Shown piece by piece: positions 26,274 to 39,485 of a stretch of DNA of 64,000 nt (within the stretch, counting starts at the first letter, position 1; each line of letters begins with the position of its first letter). A model generated the notes under the pieces. The model searched no databases. It was not told the origin of the DNA and saw nothing but the letters and a program-made list of their open reading frames with translations. The translations under genes were made by a program, and so were the position numbers. Source of the DNA: Bugula neritina (Eukaryota; Animalia; Bryozoa); NCBI GenBank assembly GCA_964035545.1, contig OZ037767.1, positions 16,735,581-16,799,580 of the forward strand, written 5' to 3'.

Positions 26274-28957
26274 ATGAAGAAGGTCAAGATAGTGAGCAAG
26301 CAATCACCAACAGAGAGTGATACGAATGACGATACAGGAACTGATGGTGTTTTATTTTGGATAAATAAGTCTGGTTTCCCTATTAGTGATCATGTTTGGG
26401 AGCGAATGTTTTCGCATGCATCAAAGCTTCATCCTGGTGGTGAATCAGTTATTAACAATATAAAGAACTGTCAGAATACTACTCCGGTGAGTGAACAACA
26501 GAGAACTCAAATGCACTTTACTCTCATCTTCATGACTATTTCAATGTTATCCAGTTTATAAATTCACTACATGGGAATACTGAATTATTATGCAAAACTT
26601 ATTAATCACTTATTTTTTCACATTTCACAGCATTTGTTGGTTAATTATCTAGTTTTTACAGAGGTGTAAATATACACCATATCTCTTTATTGTTGTTTAA
26701 TAATTCATATTTACTTACGATATACTATGCAAAACTTATTTGCCTACTGCCATTTATTAAAACATGCTGTTCAGCTATTAGATTTTTCATATAAATATTA
26801 TGTATTTTTGCAATAACTACTATGAATGAAGTTTAGAGTTTGATAGAATTTTCTCTCAAATAGAACCACTGCATTTTCAAGCTCAATAGCAATGCATTGT
26901 GTATGTTGTAAGGTTAATATTCCAAAGCCTCCTTCTACTAACGTTTCCATGGTGACAGCTGATCGTAGAGTAGCGCAAGTCCAGCAGTACATGTGTGAGT
27001 TACAGTACAACCACACTGGAACTCAGTTCTTTGATATCAAGAAGTATCGCTCTATGACCAGGTAACTGTGAGTGTATAGTTATTACTCTATGACTAAGTA
27101 ACTGTGAGTTAGTAGTTGATATTACTGAGTAGAAGTTACTAAAAGAACTTACTCATAGCATTGTGTAAACTTAACGGAGTTGGAGGAGCAGAACTGAGGC
27201 TATACTTCTGCAACATCTGACTCACCAGGTGTGATACGCTGTTAGTAGTAATACATGACTAAGTATCCTTTGAGCTACTAGTAATATGATTATTCTACAG
27301 CCAATCAGAAACAGCTAGAGAGATGATAAAAGAGTCTCTTCCAATCAAATGCCTGGAGGCTGTAATACTGGGCATATATTTGACCAATGGAGTGGCCGGG
27401 TTGGAGAGGTACCCTCTGGGGTTCAGGTCGGTGTTCGGCAGCAATGTACACAGACACGTGGTGCTGGTGGTCAGCTGGAACGGCTTGTTCGGAGCTCTGG
27501 GTATGAGTCGTAGAGCTGACCTCATGTACAAGCCTATGCAGTTTTCTGTGAGTCATCAGATATATATGCCTCTCTATCAGTTGTATGTTTGCTTTCTTAC
27601 TTTGACTTCTCTATAAAGTATAAAGTTGTAGTCCTAGTCCATAATTATATCATAGACATCAGTCATGGCTACATATCAATCTGTTATAAACTCTCATAGC
27701 CTCTCGCCATATTAAACTGTGTGACGTGTGCAGGGGTCAAGGTCACTGTTGTAGAGTTTGTCAGATCTAGTCATAGACTTCATAGAGTCATACAACCAGT
27801 ACAGACACAAAGTGAACAAGGTGAAGATAGGTTTCCCCGTGTCACATGACCCGCATGGTCACGAGGCTATACAATGGAAAGGTGAGGGCAGCAGCGTACT
27901 CGTCTCGTATTTTATGTCTGTGTAGTTTAGGATTCTAGGCTATAGTTGGTGGTAATATGATGCATAGTATTGGTTTAATTTAGTTCTCTCATAGTAAATA
28001 GTACAGTGTTGAGTACTTTTGTTAGAGTTGTCTTTGCTTGAGCTGAACTTTTCTATCTATAATGGTATCGATAATAATTATATATTTGTTATTATATACA
28101 AAATTTATGCTAACAATGTACTATAAATAAAATGTTTATTTTTGTGCCACTGCTGAATCTGTCATCATCATACATTTTGTTGTGCTCTGAATCTTCTGCT
28201 TGTTATTGCATGGTTTAGGGTGTGTGGTTAACCCATGTAAAATATCTAAAACTGAGCTGAAACAAGCCGTGGAAAAGCACAGCAAAGATATTAGGGCGTG
28301 GGTTAGACAAGCCCCGTTTGGTTCTACATATGCACCGAGACCACAGGCTAACAGCTACCCTGCCCCTACGCTGTCACATACGTCCCCTACTAAACACAAG
28401 TCTACAAATGATGCTCCTTTAAGGTAAAATCGATGCATATCATAGAATGAGTCATGTCTTCATGTGATGAGTCATGACTTCATGTGATGAGTCGTGTCTT
28501 CATGTGATTAGCCATGACTTCATGTGATTAGTCATGTCTTCATGTAATGAGTCATGTCTTCATGTGATGAGTCATGTCTTCATGTGATGAGTCATGACTT
28601 CATGTGATTAGTCATGTCTTCATAGAATGAGCCTATAACAGTAATAGCTTAGTAGAAACAACAAACCTGCATTGTTGGCTCTTTTCTAATTTCTTATCAT
28701 TTTGCCTGTTTGTCTACTTCCTGTCTACTCAACTTCCTGTTTGTCTACTTCCTGTCTACTCAACTTCCTGTCTACTCTACTTCCTTTTTACTCTACTTCA
28801 TGTTTACTCTATTTCCTGTTTAACCAACAGAGACTCGGCAGTGCACATAGTGGTGGATGAGACCTCCTCACTCAATGCGTCTCAAGACCCGGTCAGCAAG
28901 AGCGCAGCCGGAGGTCACGCTGCTGGCAGCAAACCTAACTTTGAGATGAGAATCTAG
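26274..28957 (+). CDS. VASH: Vasohibin (tubulinyl-Tyr carboxypeptidase), 6 coding exons
   Basis: Exons approx. 26274-26486, 26913-27061, 27301-27547, 27755-27881, 28220-28423, 28831-28957. FWINKSGFPI...WERMF, LQYNHTGTQFFDIKK, catalytic ESLPIKCLEAVILGIYLT, RHVVL, GALGMSRRADLMYKP; C-terminus NFEMRI*. Confidence 0.93.
28440..28632. repeat. 20-bp array after a VASH donor
   Basis: tgagtcatgtcttcatgtga, ~9 copies. Confidence 0.9.
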
Positions 28958-29755
28958 TTACCTTCTGATAAAGGAAGATAACTCTTAATAGCAACTCTTT
29001 GCATGATGTATATTATTTTATAGAGTCAGTTATGTAGCAGGGATACTTTCTATATTTTTTATTCTAGATTATTCCTAGACGATTAAAAATTTGTCCAAAA
29101 AATTGTAATATAGAAATCAAGCATGCAGTGCAGTATAAACTTTTCTATGCACTTAATAAAAGACAAAGAAAGTTCTTTTATTTTAATAAGCATACGATTT
29201 TACATTCTGTACTTGACACTGCATTAATACATTTTGCTAAAATATTCCAACAATTATAAAATAAATTTAAGCAATTTATCACATAATGTCATTAACATGC
29301 AAACTATTATAAAAATGTTGGTAATTTAATAATTCTCAGCGAATATTGACTAGATCTGCTAAATCAGCACACACAAAGTAAGCCATTTTAATAGCTCATA
29401 ATATGTTTTAGTTTATTTGTATTTTTGTTTATTGTGCAATACTGCAAGTTGTCTAATTTTGTTGCTTTATGAAGTAACAAGAGTTATCTTCCCTTCTTGT
29501 GGCATAATATTCTAGAATGTGTCTCTGAAATACCTCACATTGTCTTGCTTTTCACCACTTTATGTTATTTTAGAGTTCTTTTAATATTTTTATACTGAAT
29601 AAAGTTTTCTGGATTATTAAGTAAATAATTATTATTAAGCTATATAGTAAGATTTCTTCAGCAATGTAGTTGTGTTTTATCTACTCTCTTAGTGAAATAT
29701 ATAAATACAACAAATGTACTGATAGATATAGTGTACTGGTTCCTCTACACCAGCC

Positions 29756-32700
29756 ATGGAGATGTTTGTTACTAGAGACGTAGTGCCCACAATTAATGTT
29801 GACAAGTCCAACCCAACTGTGTCCAATGTGTCTACAGGTGCTGGGACACCAGGTATACAAGTATAATGTTTATTATATGGTTATGTTTAAATATGCGCAT
29901 GTGAATTTTACCTGCAATCTGCTTTTTGAACCAGGAAATCTATTCCACTAGCAGTAATTCTTGAAATGCCTTTGCCACCAGGGGGCAGTTGTCCTTTCGT
30001 GTTGCAGTAACTATGGCTTATATAGTGATCTACAGTATATCACATGTCAATAGTCAATAGTGTACTATGATGTTTGTATAGTGAGAAGGTGCACAAGTGA
30101 ATAGTATTAGCAAGTACACTTTAAGTTTTACTCTTTGAGGATTGTTAAAATTACGTTAACCAAAGCAGCTCAAAGACTAGTTCATACAGTCATATATAGA
30201 GTATCGTTAGAAGTGCTAAAGCAGCGTCATAATAAAACTTTGTGGATCTGAGTTGTATATAAAGAATTGAGAATTTTATTCAGCATGTAGGTTGTAGAAT
30301 TATCCCCCTTGTCACTATTAACCATAACAACTTTTTGTTACTGTAGAAAACCCTGGGGAGTATTAGCAATTTGAAATAAGTCACCTAATATGTTATATGT
30401 GTATTTCACAGCCACAGGTAAAGTATTTTCATATTCACATATGTATTTCACTGCAGGTATATTTCGTGGATATTACAGGTATATTTTCCAAGAGCAGCGT
30501 GTACTACCCATTCATTATTGGCCTGCTCATTATAATAGCCATCAACATCGCCGTCGCTATAGTCATCCTATCCATGTATATCATAAACCTAATGAGAAAG
30601 AAGAAACAGTCAAAGCCCGTCAGTCTAACTTCCCCCAAGATGCTCAGCAACATCCGGGCTACATTTGGAACCATGCCAAGTACTGCTGGACACACAGTGG
30701 GTGGCCCAGTTTCCTTATTATCCAAACGTAAGGCACTTCGCTGTTATTACATAATCTATGTTTCCATCATTCGGGTTGGACTTTTCATTGGTTTCTGAAA
30801 ACAGTTTCATCAATGAGACAACAAGTTAATACAAACCACAACTACAAATATTAATGTTATATGAGCATCCATTCCCATAACCATGGTAACGCAGTGAATC
30901 ACTCTATATTCTATAGTTCGTGTATATAGTATATAATATGTAAAAACCTGAATCTCCACCTTGCCATGTAAATAAGCAGATAATACAGTAATATGATATA
31001 GTAGGATGCGCAAGTTGCTCAAGAAGTTGTGTTCTCCATATGTGTGTAGAAATAGAAAAGTTCTATCGTAGACCAGTTGAAGTAAGTTTGATAGTTTTAT
31101 ATGAGAATCAAATTAGACTATATAAATTTTAAGCTGTAAGATCTTGCTCTATCACAAGTAATGTCTACCAGACATACAAGTAATGTTTACAGGTAAGTTT
31201 TTACAGGTAGTTGTTTACAGGTGGTTGTTAATATACATGAGGCATATCAGCAGTATAATCTTGAGAAATGCTATTAAATAGTCATATGATCTGTTACAGT
31301 GGATGACAAAACTGGAGAGAAGAAAAGCAGAGAGGGCAGAGCACGTAAACATTCTGTCAAAAATGACGGGAAGAAGTCGAAGAGAAGAGTTTCAATGGAG
31401 CATCATCCAATTGAAGAGCAAGGTTTGTGGTATTGTATCTTGTACACAACTACGGCTATAGCTTAGTGGTATACGAGAATATAATACAATATATAATAAT
31501 AGTAAAGGACAATTCAATGCAAAAATACAATATGATAATATAACAATCAAATAAAGTTATAACGTGATGTTAAAGTAGAATATCATGGAATGCCATAGCG
31601 CAGTATAAAGCAACTAACAGTGTTTTATCATTTGCTTTGTAAAATACTATATATTATTATTTATTTTCTTATGCTGCTTTTAACATTCTAATCATATATT
31701 ATAATTTTTGCATGCAAGAAGTAAGCACATTATTGACGTTAACTGTAAGTATAAGTTGTGTCTTTCGTCTGCACAGGCAAAAGTATGAGTTTAGTCAAAA
31801 GTTTCGAGATTGAAGCCAAAAGAAGTCAAAGGACATTTGACAGGCCAGCTGTGTGTACCCCAGTCATCATTAAATCAGATGAAAATAGTAAGCTTTTCCC
31901 CTTCTTCCTCCCTTCTATCCACCCCTAGTGAGGGGTATACAGCACAAACATGTGTCTGAAATTTGTAAAATAGTTGTTTATATAATGCTTATATTGAACT
32001 GATTATATATTTATTACATACAGCAAATTTTCACTGCATTTTTATTCACTACCATAAATTCTTGTTAGATTTTCATTGAGAGTTTTTCTCTGAAAAATTA
32101 TGTTAAGTTTATACGTTGGCAGCTGCTAAACACTGCATATACACCTAATGCAAGTTCACTCAGCAGTGAGGAGATTGATGGTACAGTTGGTAAAATATGA
32201 CAACGTTGAGAACCAGCTGCAAGGCATGCCGTGGATTGTCTAATTTATATATAGTTGAAAACACTGTAGAATATTTAGCCTTCCAAACTGTCATTTATGT
32301 TTTAGACGCATCGCAGGTTGACCTTGAGGAGGTGAAGAACCACATGCGGAAGACGCATCGACCCAGTATTAACGACAGCTCCCCCATGTCTGGGAGGAGG
32401 TTCTCGTTTAAGGAGAAGGTCCATAGAAGCATTGAGATAATGGACAAACTGGACAGACGAATGAGTTTGATATCAGGTGGGGCATCAGTCACATGATAGT
32501 GTTGTCACATGATAGTGTTGTCACATGACAGTATAGTCACATGACAGTGTAGTCACATATGACAGTGTAGTCACATGACAGTGTAGTCACATGATAGTGT
32601 TGTCACATGACAGTGTAGTCACATGACAGTGTAGTCACATGACAGTGTAGTCACATGATAAGGTTGTCACATGATAGTGTTGTCACATGACAGTGTAGTC

Positions 32701-32855
32701 ACATGACAATGTAGTCACATGACAGTGTAGTCACATGACACTTTAGTTACATGACATAATATGCATTATTGTTTTGTTTATTTGTTTGTATTTCAGGTTC
32801 ATCAGAGAAAGTCAGCAGTATCATATTTAGTAGAAAGTACTCAGTTCTCTCATAA
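29756..32855 (+). CDS. Uncharacterised single-pass membrane protein, paralog A (6 exons)
   Basis: Exons approx. 29756-29852, 30479-30727, 31300-31422, 31777-31887, 32306-32476, 32797-32855, all joined in phase 1. Short Ser/Thr-rich N-terminus, TM YYPFIIGLLIIIAINIAVAIVILSMYII, basic stop-transfer, and a C-terminal block shared with paralog B. Confidence 0.75.
32488..32756. repeat. 16-bp array after a paralog-A donor (GTCACATGAC core)
   Basis: gtcacatgacagtgta, ~16 copies. Confidence 0.92.
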
Positions 32856-33502
32856 CTTCCTCAGTTCATTCAGGCTATTAGCAGTACCCCCCCCGCTACA
32901 TGAAGAGGTGCGCACATACTGAGGCTATATACAAGAAACTGTATCGCGAAATTAAATATCCCCTTAGGAAAACAGATTCTCTGTTTCTTCTTATGTTGAG
33001 AAAATAACTCTTCCACGATTTCATACAGGTTTATAATTTATATTCTCGACTGTCAACATAGGAAAACACAATATACAATAAAATTCATATGTATTTATAA
33101 ATATAAACAACAATTGTCATATCATACTTTTTTTCAACAATATGCTTATCATAATTATCATAAAAAAGTCGCAATTATTTTTAACAATGCATTTTGTATT
33201 GAGACAGCATTGTTGGTTACAAAGAAACATGGTGTGCAGTAAATGGTGATGAACCACTCATGTGAGTAAAGATTATTATGTAATGATATTATATTATTCC
33301 TAACCATAACTAAGATATGTATGTATATATGTAATAAATAGTATATCATAATAGATTATCACGCTGAAAGGTTTTATATTTTTGATAAAGTTTCACATAT
33401 GCATAGCATTGTGTTATAGTACGTATAATATATATTGTATTGTGATATTATAACATGTTTTCGTATGCATGTACATTGCAGATTCAACATTACCATTGCA
33501 GT

Positions 33503-33774
33503 ATGTCCAAAATAGAAAACACTACAACATTTACCACACTTCCTGTCTCTAATAACACAGGGGAAACAAGTATGTGATTATAACATATTCTATACAATTA
33601 AATAAAGTTAGCGAGGCTTTGTTCAACATTTTCAATTTCTCTCGTAGGTCTCTACTCTGTCGGTTTTTGTATCAAACTCAAAGTGAAACATACAACATTA
33701 AAGTATTACTCATTCAGTTGTATTTTATTGTACAACTGCTTTGAAAGCACCGTGTGCTCTACGTATTGTGCTAT

Positions 33775-33866
<92 letters not shown>

Positions 33867-33907
33867 CACATATATATATATACACATATATATATATATA
33901 CACATAT

Positions 33908-33970
<63 letters not shown>

Positions 33971-33993
33971 CACATATATATATATATACACAT

Positions 33994-34048
<55 letters not shown>

Positions 34049-36352
34049 TATATATGTATATGTATATGGATTTCAAAGGTACAGAGACGGTCAAAAAGAG
34101 CTACTACCCATTCATCATCGGAGGACTGGTTATAATGTCCCTGAATGTAACCATTGCATTCATCTCTCTTGTTCTCTGCAACCTAAGTAAAAGAATTAAA
34201 AATATAAAGTATTCAAAAGACGGTGCTATAATACCAGATGTCAACATGGAAACTATGGACACAAGAAATTACATAACAATTGGCCCAATCTCCACGTTGA
34301 CAGTCAAAAGTAAGTCTATCCTAAAAGGTCACTTATAGTAGCTGGATACGAAGATTCAATGCTTGTCAAGAAAGCTTTCAGCTATATGAACTTATATAAA
34401 GTATATTTCTGTTTCACCTCCACCATTATTAATTCTCACCACTCCCAAACTAAGGTGTCAAAACTACTCAGTCATGCGTGTTGCAGAGCTAGCTTAGTTT
34501 AGTCTAATATCATCCGGCAACTATAAGCTTTGCATTCAGCATCAGTTTACTGTTTTTCAGGAAAAATCTATAGCAAAAACAATTTAATTAGAAATTAAAC
34601 TGCAAAAAAGATTGATTTTTGATTTTAATGGAAAACCAGCAAATTACTTAGAAATTACTAGTGGTGGGTGCGTTAATATACAAGTATATATGTCTAATAC
34701 CTACCATATCTGTTTTACTCAGCTTATGGCAATCACCCTTGATAGCTATCAAAATACAAACTCACATGGAACTAGTGCTTTCATCATGTCTCACTAAGCT
34801 GCGGGTCCCAAGACCTTAGTTTGTGGCATAGTAGAATACCAGAGTTATGTCAAAGATTTATGTTAGATTTAGTCATTTTCTCTCTATACACACATACATG
34901 TAAGACGTTCATAAGAATTATGAGAGAAATGAACTCGTGAGATTTGGAGGGAGCACTATGTAGTTAATATAAACATCTCACAGTGCATCATATTAGCAAT
35001 TTGAAAGTTCGCTTTTGGAGTTATAATATAGCGTGTGCTTCTTGTGTAGATGAAAAAATAGGTGAACGAAATAGGAGGTATTCAACGAGGAGCTCTAAAA
35101 TAAAGAAGAGACGACTCCTTTCTTTAGATGAATCCATTTTAGACAATTTTGAACCTCTTATGGCAGAAGAAACTAGTAAGCAAAACGGTATAACAGTAAG
35201 CAGTATGTAAGCAGTATGTAAGCAGTATGTAAGCAGTATGTAAGCAGTACGTAGAGCAGTACGTAGAGCAGTACGTAGAGCAGTATGTAAGCAGTATGTA
35301 AGCAGTGTGTAAGCAGTACGTAAGCAGTACGTAAGCAGTACGTAAGCATTACGTAAGCATTACGTAAGCGGTACGTAAGCGGTACGTAAGCAGTACGTAA
35401 GCAATATGTAGAACATGTGCCAGCAACAACTTCATATTTGAGATCGTAGGTTGCAGCTAATGCATTCTAAACAGTTTTACAGTGCTAAAGTCATTTAGTA
35501 GCAAAACCCATGCATTATTTACTTTTTTCATTTCAGCAAAAAATTTGAAAAATACAAAAAGTGACAAAGTTTGTGAAAAAACTGTCGAAAGTAAACTTAT
35601 GCGATACACACCAACAGAAAACTCAGAAAATGGTAAGACTATATGCAACTATAATAACATAAGCTATTCTACATTACTATGCCATACACGACAAAATACA
35701 TGTGAGCTCTAGTGCCATAGCAGTCTATAGGCTAGCTGGAATAATCAATTGTCATCAAAATCTTTTCATCAAATAAACCCAGTAGCAATAGAGGCCTTTC
35801 TCTTGGCAGCGTAATTATTGCTCCTGATTTGTGGAATTCTTCTACAGGGTATTATTGTTTAAACCTGACTCACTATTATTATTATTGTAAAGAGCTACAG
35901 GCTATTGATTCAGAACTAATGCTAAGGTCTGGGTTTGCGTAGATTTGTTGCCAACTGAAATAGAAGAAGCTATGAACTATGCACTAAAAAGTAACAGGCC
36001 TAGTATTGCTGCTAGTTCTGGAAGGAGGATCTCGTGGAAGGAGAAAGTCCAGCTGAGTATGGAACTAATGGATAAATTAGACCAACGGATGAGCACAATA
36101 TCAGGTATACGAAGAGGCTATAACCCCCTAGCTGCTACCCCATAACTCCTTAGCTGCTATTTTATAACCCCTTAGTGCTATCCCATAACTGCTACCCCTT
36201 TATTCCTAAGCTGTTATTCTATTTAACTCTCTGTAATTAAAACTGGCTAGCATTTGAATTCAACTTCTAACAAGTAACATGTTGGTTTTGTAGGCTCTCC
36301 AAAGAAGGTCAGCAGCATAATATTTAGCAAAAAGTTCTCTGCTATATCATAG
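33503..36352 (+). CDS. Uncharacterised single-pass membrane protein, paralog B (6 exons)
   Basis: Exons approx. 33503-33569, 34079-34309, 35050-35175, 35537-35631, 35943-36104, 36294-36352, with the same exon number and phases as paralog [31 protein letters not shown]; C-terminal [52 protein letters not shown]. Confidence 0.75.
33775..34068. repeat. (TA)n microsatellite abutting the paralog-B exon-2 acceptor
   Basis: ~290 bp of interrupted TA dinucleotide. Confidence 0.97.
35194..35410 (+). repeat. 11-bp array of donor-like GTAAGC units
   Basis: gtaagcagtat / gtaagcagtac, ~19 copies, starting ~20 nt after the real donor gtaagc at 35176. Confidence 0.92.
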
Positions 36353-36615
36353 ATTTTCAGAATTAACCCTGAGTGGCTCTGTGATTTGGAGATTGATGGC
36401 ACTCCATCATGAAATGTACTTTAGAGCATTTCCAGTAACAAAGCTCCAGCGCTGATTTGTCAGTTCAGAACTGTGTATTATATGACATTAATTCAAGTCT
36501 TTATATATGGTGCTTGTTGCTAATAAAGAGTAATATTGTTATTCATATTTGTATTGAATAAAACTTTTTGTTATAAAGATTAAAATTCTGTACAAAGAAC
36601 ATTTAAATATAGGAA

Positions 36616-36963
36616 TCAGTCATCAGTATCCATTCGCTCCGGTGGTGGTCCGCAAGGTTGTATCATACGTTCCAGAAAGTTGAACTTAATTCTTGCTCTA
36701 CTCTCATTTTCTGAGAGAGCAAAGTAGCTGAGCATATCATGCTGTGCCTACAAATACAGCAACCTTTATAGAGGATTGGTTGGGCACTTAACAACAGTTA
36801 CTATTTCTCTAGTGTACTGTGAGTTGCTTACGATGAATAAAGAGTGACTATCTCTATGCTGATTGGTCACCCACTCCCACTTGGTAGTGTCGGAATGGCC
36901 AGTACCAATGTACTTGGACTGCAGATGCTCCAACTGACTGTGGATGTTGTATCTGTCATTCAT
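36616..36963 (-). CDS. SF3B5: Splicing factor 3B subunit 5 (SF3b10), 2 coding exons
   Basis: Exons 36832-36963 and 36616-36747: MNDRYNIHSQLEHLQSKYIGTGHSDTTKWEWVTNQHRDS...ENESRARIKFNFLERMIQPCGPPPE. Confidence 0.96.
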
Positions 36964-37891
36964 TTTGCTAAACAATGAGAGAGTAAATTCAATAACATAA
37001 TATTTGGAATTTTGGATGTTACTTGGCCTGTTATGAATAGGGAGTGTATAAAAGCACACATTTCAGGCAGCTATATATGCATTATGCTCGATATTTTACA
37101 TGGCTATATGCAACACACAACAATACATTCACAACTCGGCAAAATTTGAGGGTTTCAAAAAGAGACTAAATCTTTTGTAGGCACTTAGCATATACTTATA
37201 TATGCAACTATATACTTGGCAAGAGGCATAAGGTATTTTACAGTGGACATCATGTCAGTTTAACTTAACTATCTAATATCTGAACTCGCCACACAACCAA
37301 ACACACAAATATAAAATATATTAAATAGATTAGCACCAGAAACTGAAGAAGACCATGTGACATGTGTTGGGCTCTGCATCAAAGTTAACAAAACATCACA
37401 TATAAAAGGTTGGTTTATTCTGTGATATCTGTTTCGCTATTTAGAAACATGTCACATTTACTTTTAACATTTGCAAGTTCGACTGAAGCTTGATTTGATA
37501 CATAAAAACTATTCCTAATTACTCAATAGATTTGCCTATAAATCATACTGAATCATATTGATATGCAAATTTACATTAATATTTACATTTACTCCATGAT
37601 TCATATTAATCTGGGCTGAAATTGTTCAGTCATAGTGGTGATAATCATAATGGCAATCTCAGAGATATTGACTCTGATACTCAGTCAGTCTTTCTAATAA
37701 TGATAGTGATACTATTATACTATTATACTATTACTGAATGCTAGGGTTCAATTATATAGATATAGTGATTGTGGCTGCAGAATAATCCTAATAGTCATCT
37801 TCATATTGATACTTAAACTAATACTTATAATTCATAACGGCAAAGTGGCGATCACAATAAGTGAATGACTTACATTTACACTAACTTACAG

Positions 37892-38365
37892 CAAGGTTGG
37901 GGTCAATTACATATGAATGAAACTAGTTACAATTACATGAGAATTTGTCAATTACAATTACAGTTGATATAAATGTATTACAACTACAATTACTTTTGTT
38001 GTCACAGGAGACAAATGAAAGTTATATAATCTCACTTCTGGGGTCCAACTACCCCAGCAATTTTGACAACGGAAAACCATCCTTGTTCTCAACAGTAACA
38101 AATAGGGTGATAAATATGACATAAACTAATCTGGACTTTTTATTAAACAGTAGACAAGGCAGGAAAAATATGAATTTTATAAGATTTAAAAATTTGAAGT
38201 AACTGTTATGTAATTATAAAGTAATTGTAAAATTCAATTACATTAACAATGTAATTAATTACAATTACATTTTTATACATCAATTGCAAATTACATTCAA
38301 TTACTTGAAAAAATGTAATTAATTACAACCAATTATAATTACAAATTACAATTACCCCAACCCTG
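37892..38365. mobile_element. Non-autonomous hAT-type DNA transposon (MITE), 474 bp
   Basis: Terminal inverted repeats CAAGGTTGGGGTCAATT (from 37892) and AATTACCCCAACCCTG (to 38365). Identical 8-bp flanking direct repeat ACTTACAG at 37884-37891 and 38366-38373. Subterminal AATTAC repeats; no ORF. Confidence 0.88.
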
Positions 38366-39470
38366 ACTTACAGTCATACTCATTGTCAAAGTGAATCCCA
38401 TTCACTGACACTAAACTGTGACTGGGTCACAGTTTGAGTGTCGCATTCACTGTGGTCAAACACTAAAGCATTCAAAATTAAAATAACTATAAGTATAACA
38501 CTTACATCAAGTTTAATTATAAGTCAAGCTCAAGGTGATTAGTTTAAGTTTAACTCAGTCTTGGTCTTTCATTTACTTTTAGTTTAGTTTTACAAGTCAC
38601 AAACTGGTTATTGTTAAACAACTTGTATTACAATAAAACTCGAAGTTAGTGACAGTGTTATGCTTATACTTACAATATACTTATAGTCTTATACTACAGT
38701 TTATGTTAGAATAATTGTTATAGTTATACCCTTAGTGCTTACAGTTAGTGTTACACCTACAGTATAACTTAATATTATACTTATAAGTTATAAGTTAAAG
38801 TTATATATAATATTTATAGACTGTGAGTATGTGTATGTGACTATCACTATGTCTATAGTTTAAGTTAAACTTGATGTTGTACTAACGCAACACAGCAAGT
38901 GCAACACTTCAAGTCTAACATTAACAGTTGAGTAACTCTAATTCTAAGCGTAAGAGTAAGACTAAGACTTATGCCTATAGACTATCACTATCACGATGCC
39001 TATCACTATGAGTATCAATATGACTATGAGTGTGAATGTCAGTATGAGACTGAGACTCAGTCTGAGACTGAGTATCAGTATCAGTATGAGTATGAGTATC
39101 ACTATCAGTATCAGTATGGGTATGGTAAAACTAAAAAACTAATACTAATATTAATAGTAATAGTTCATTTTAAAATTATTTCTATTTTAGAATAAATTGA
39201 ATTCACATATGTAACAGTAAAGAAACTAATTTGTTAGCCAATACTATCAGAGCAACATAACTTTTTTAGAAGGTATTCTCTCTAAAGTCGAATACTGATT
39301 TGAAACGAATTTTAATTCAATTTCAATGATGTTCGCTTTGTCACGCCGTATTGGTATGATAGTTTTATTATTGTCTATATCCGAACTATTTAAGGTTGAG
39401 GATTGAAGTTATCTTTAGGTGCCACTACAAAAGTGTCCACGCACAGAGATTCCATTATTTTGTGGAAGGC

Positions 39471-39485
39471 TTTCTCGAATTTTCT
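39471..39485. promoter_or_regulatory. Perfect three-unit heat shock element (nTTCn nGAAn nTTCn) in the SF3B5/AHSA1 divergent promoter
   Basis: TTTCT-CGAAT-TTTCT lies upstream of AHSA1, an Hsp90 co-chaperone and known HSF1 target in animals. Confidence 0.65.

Noticed and set aside
28957-33503. Operon or trans-splicing for closely spaced same-strand genes (VASH, paralogs A and B; GATB then iRhom)
   Set aside because: Spacings of 650-800 nt can hold ordinary promoters, and there is no direct sequence evidence for spliced-leader addition.
38971-39195. Tyr/Glu/His-rich ORF (also 60920-61156 and 60949-61137)
   Set aside because: A by-product of the hexamer-periodic promoter-flank DNA; no splice or homology support.
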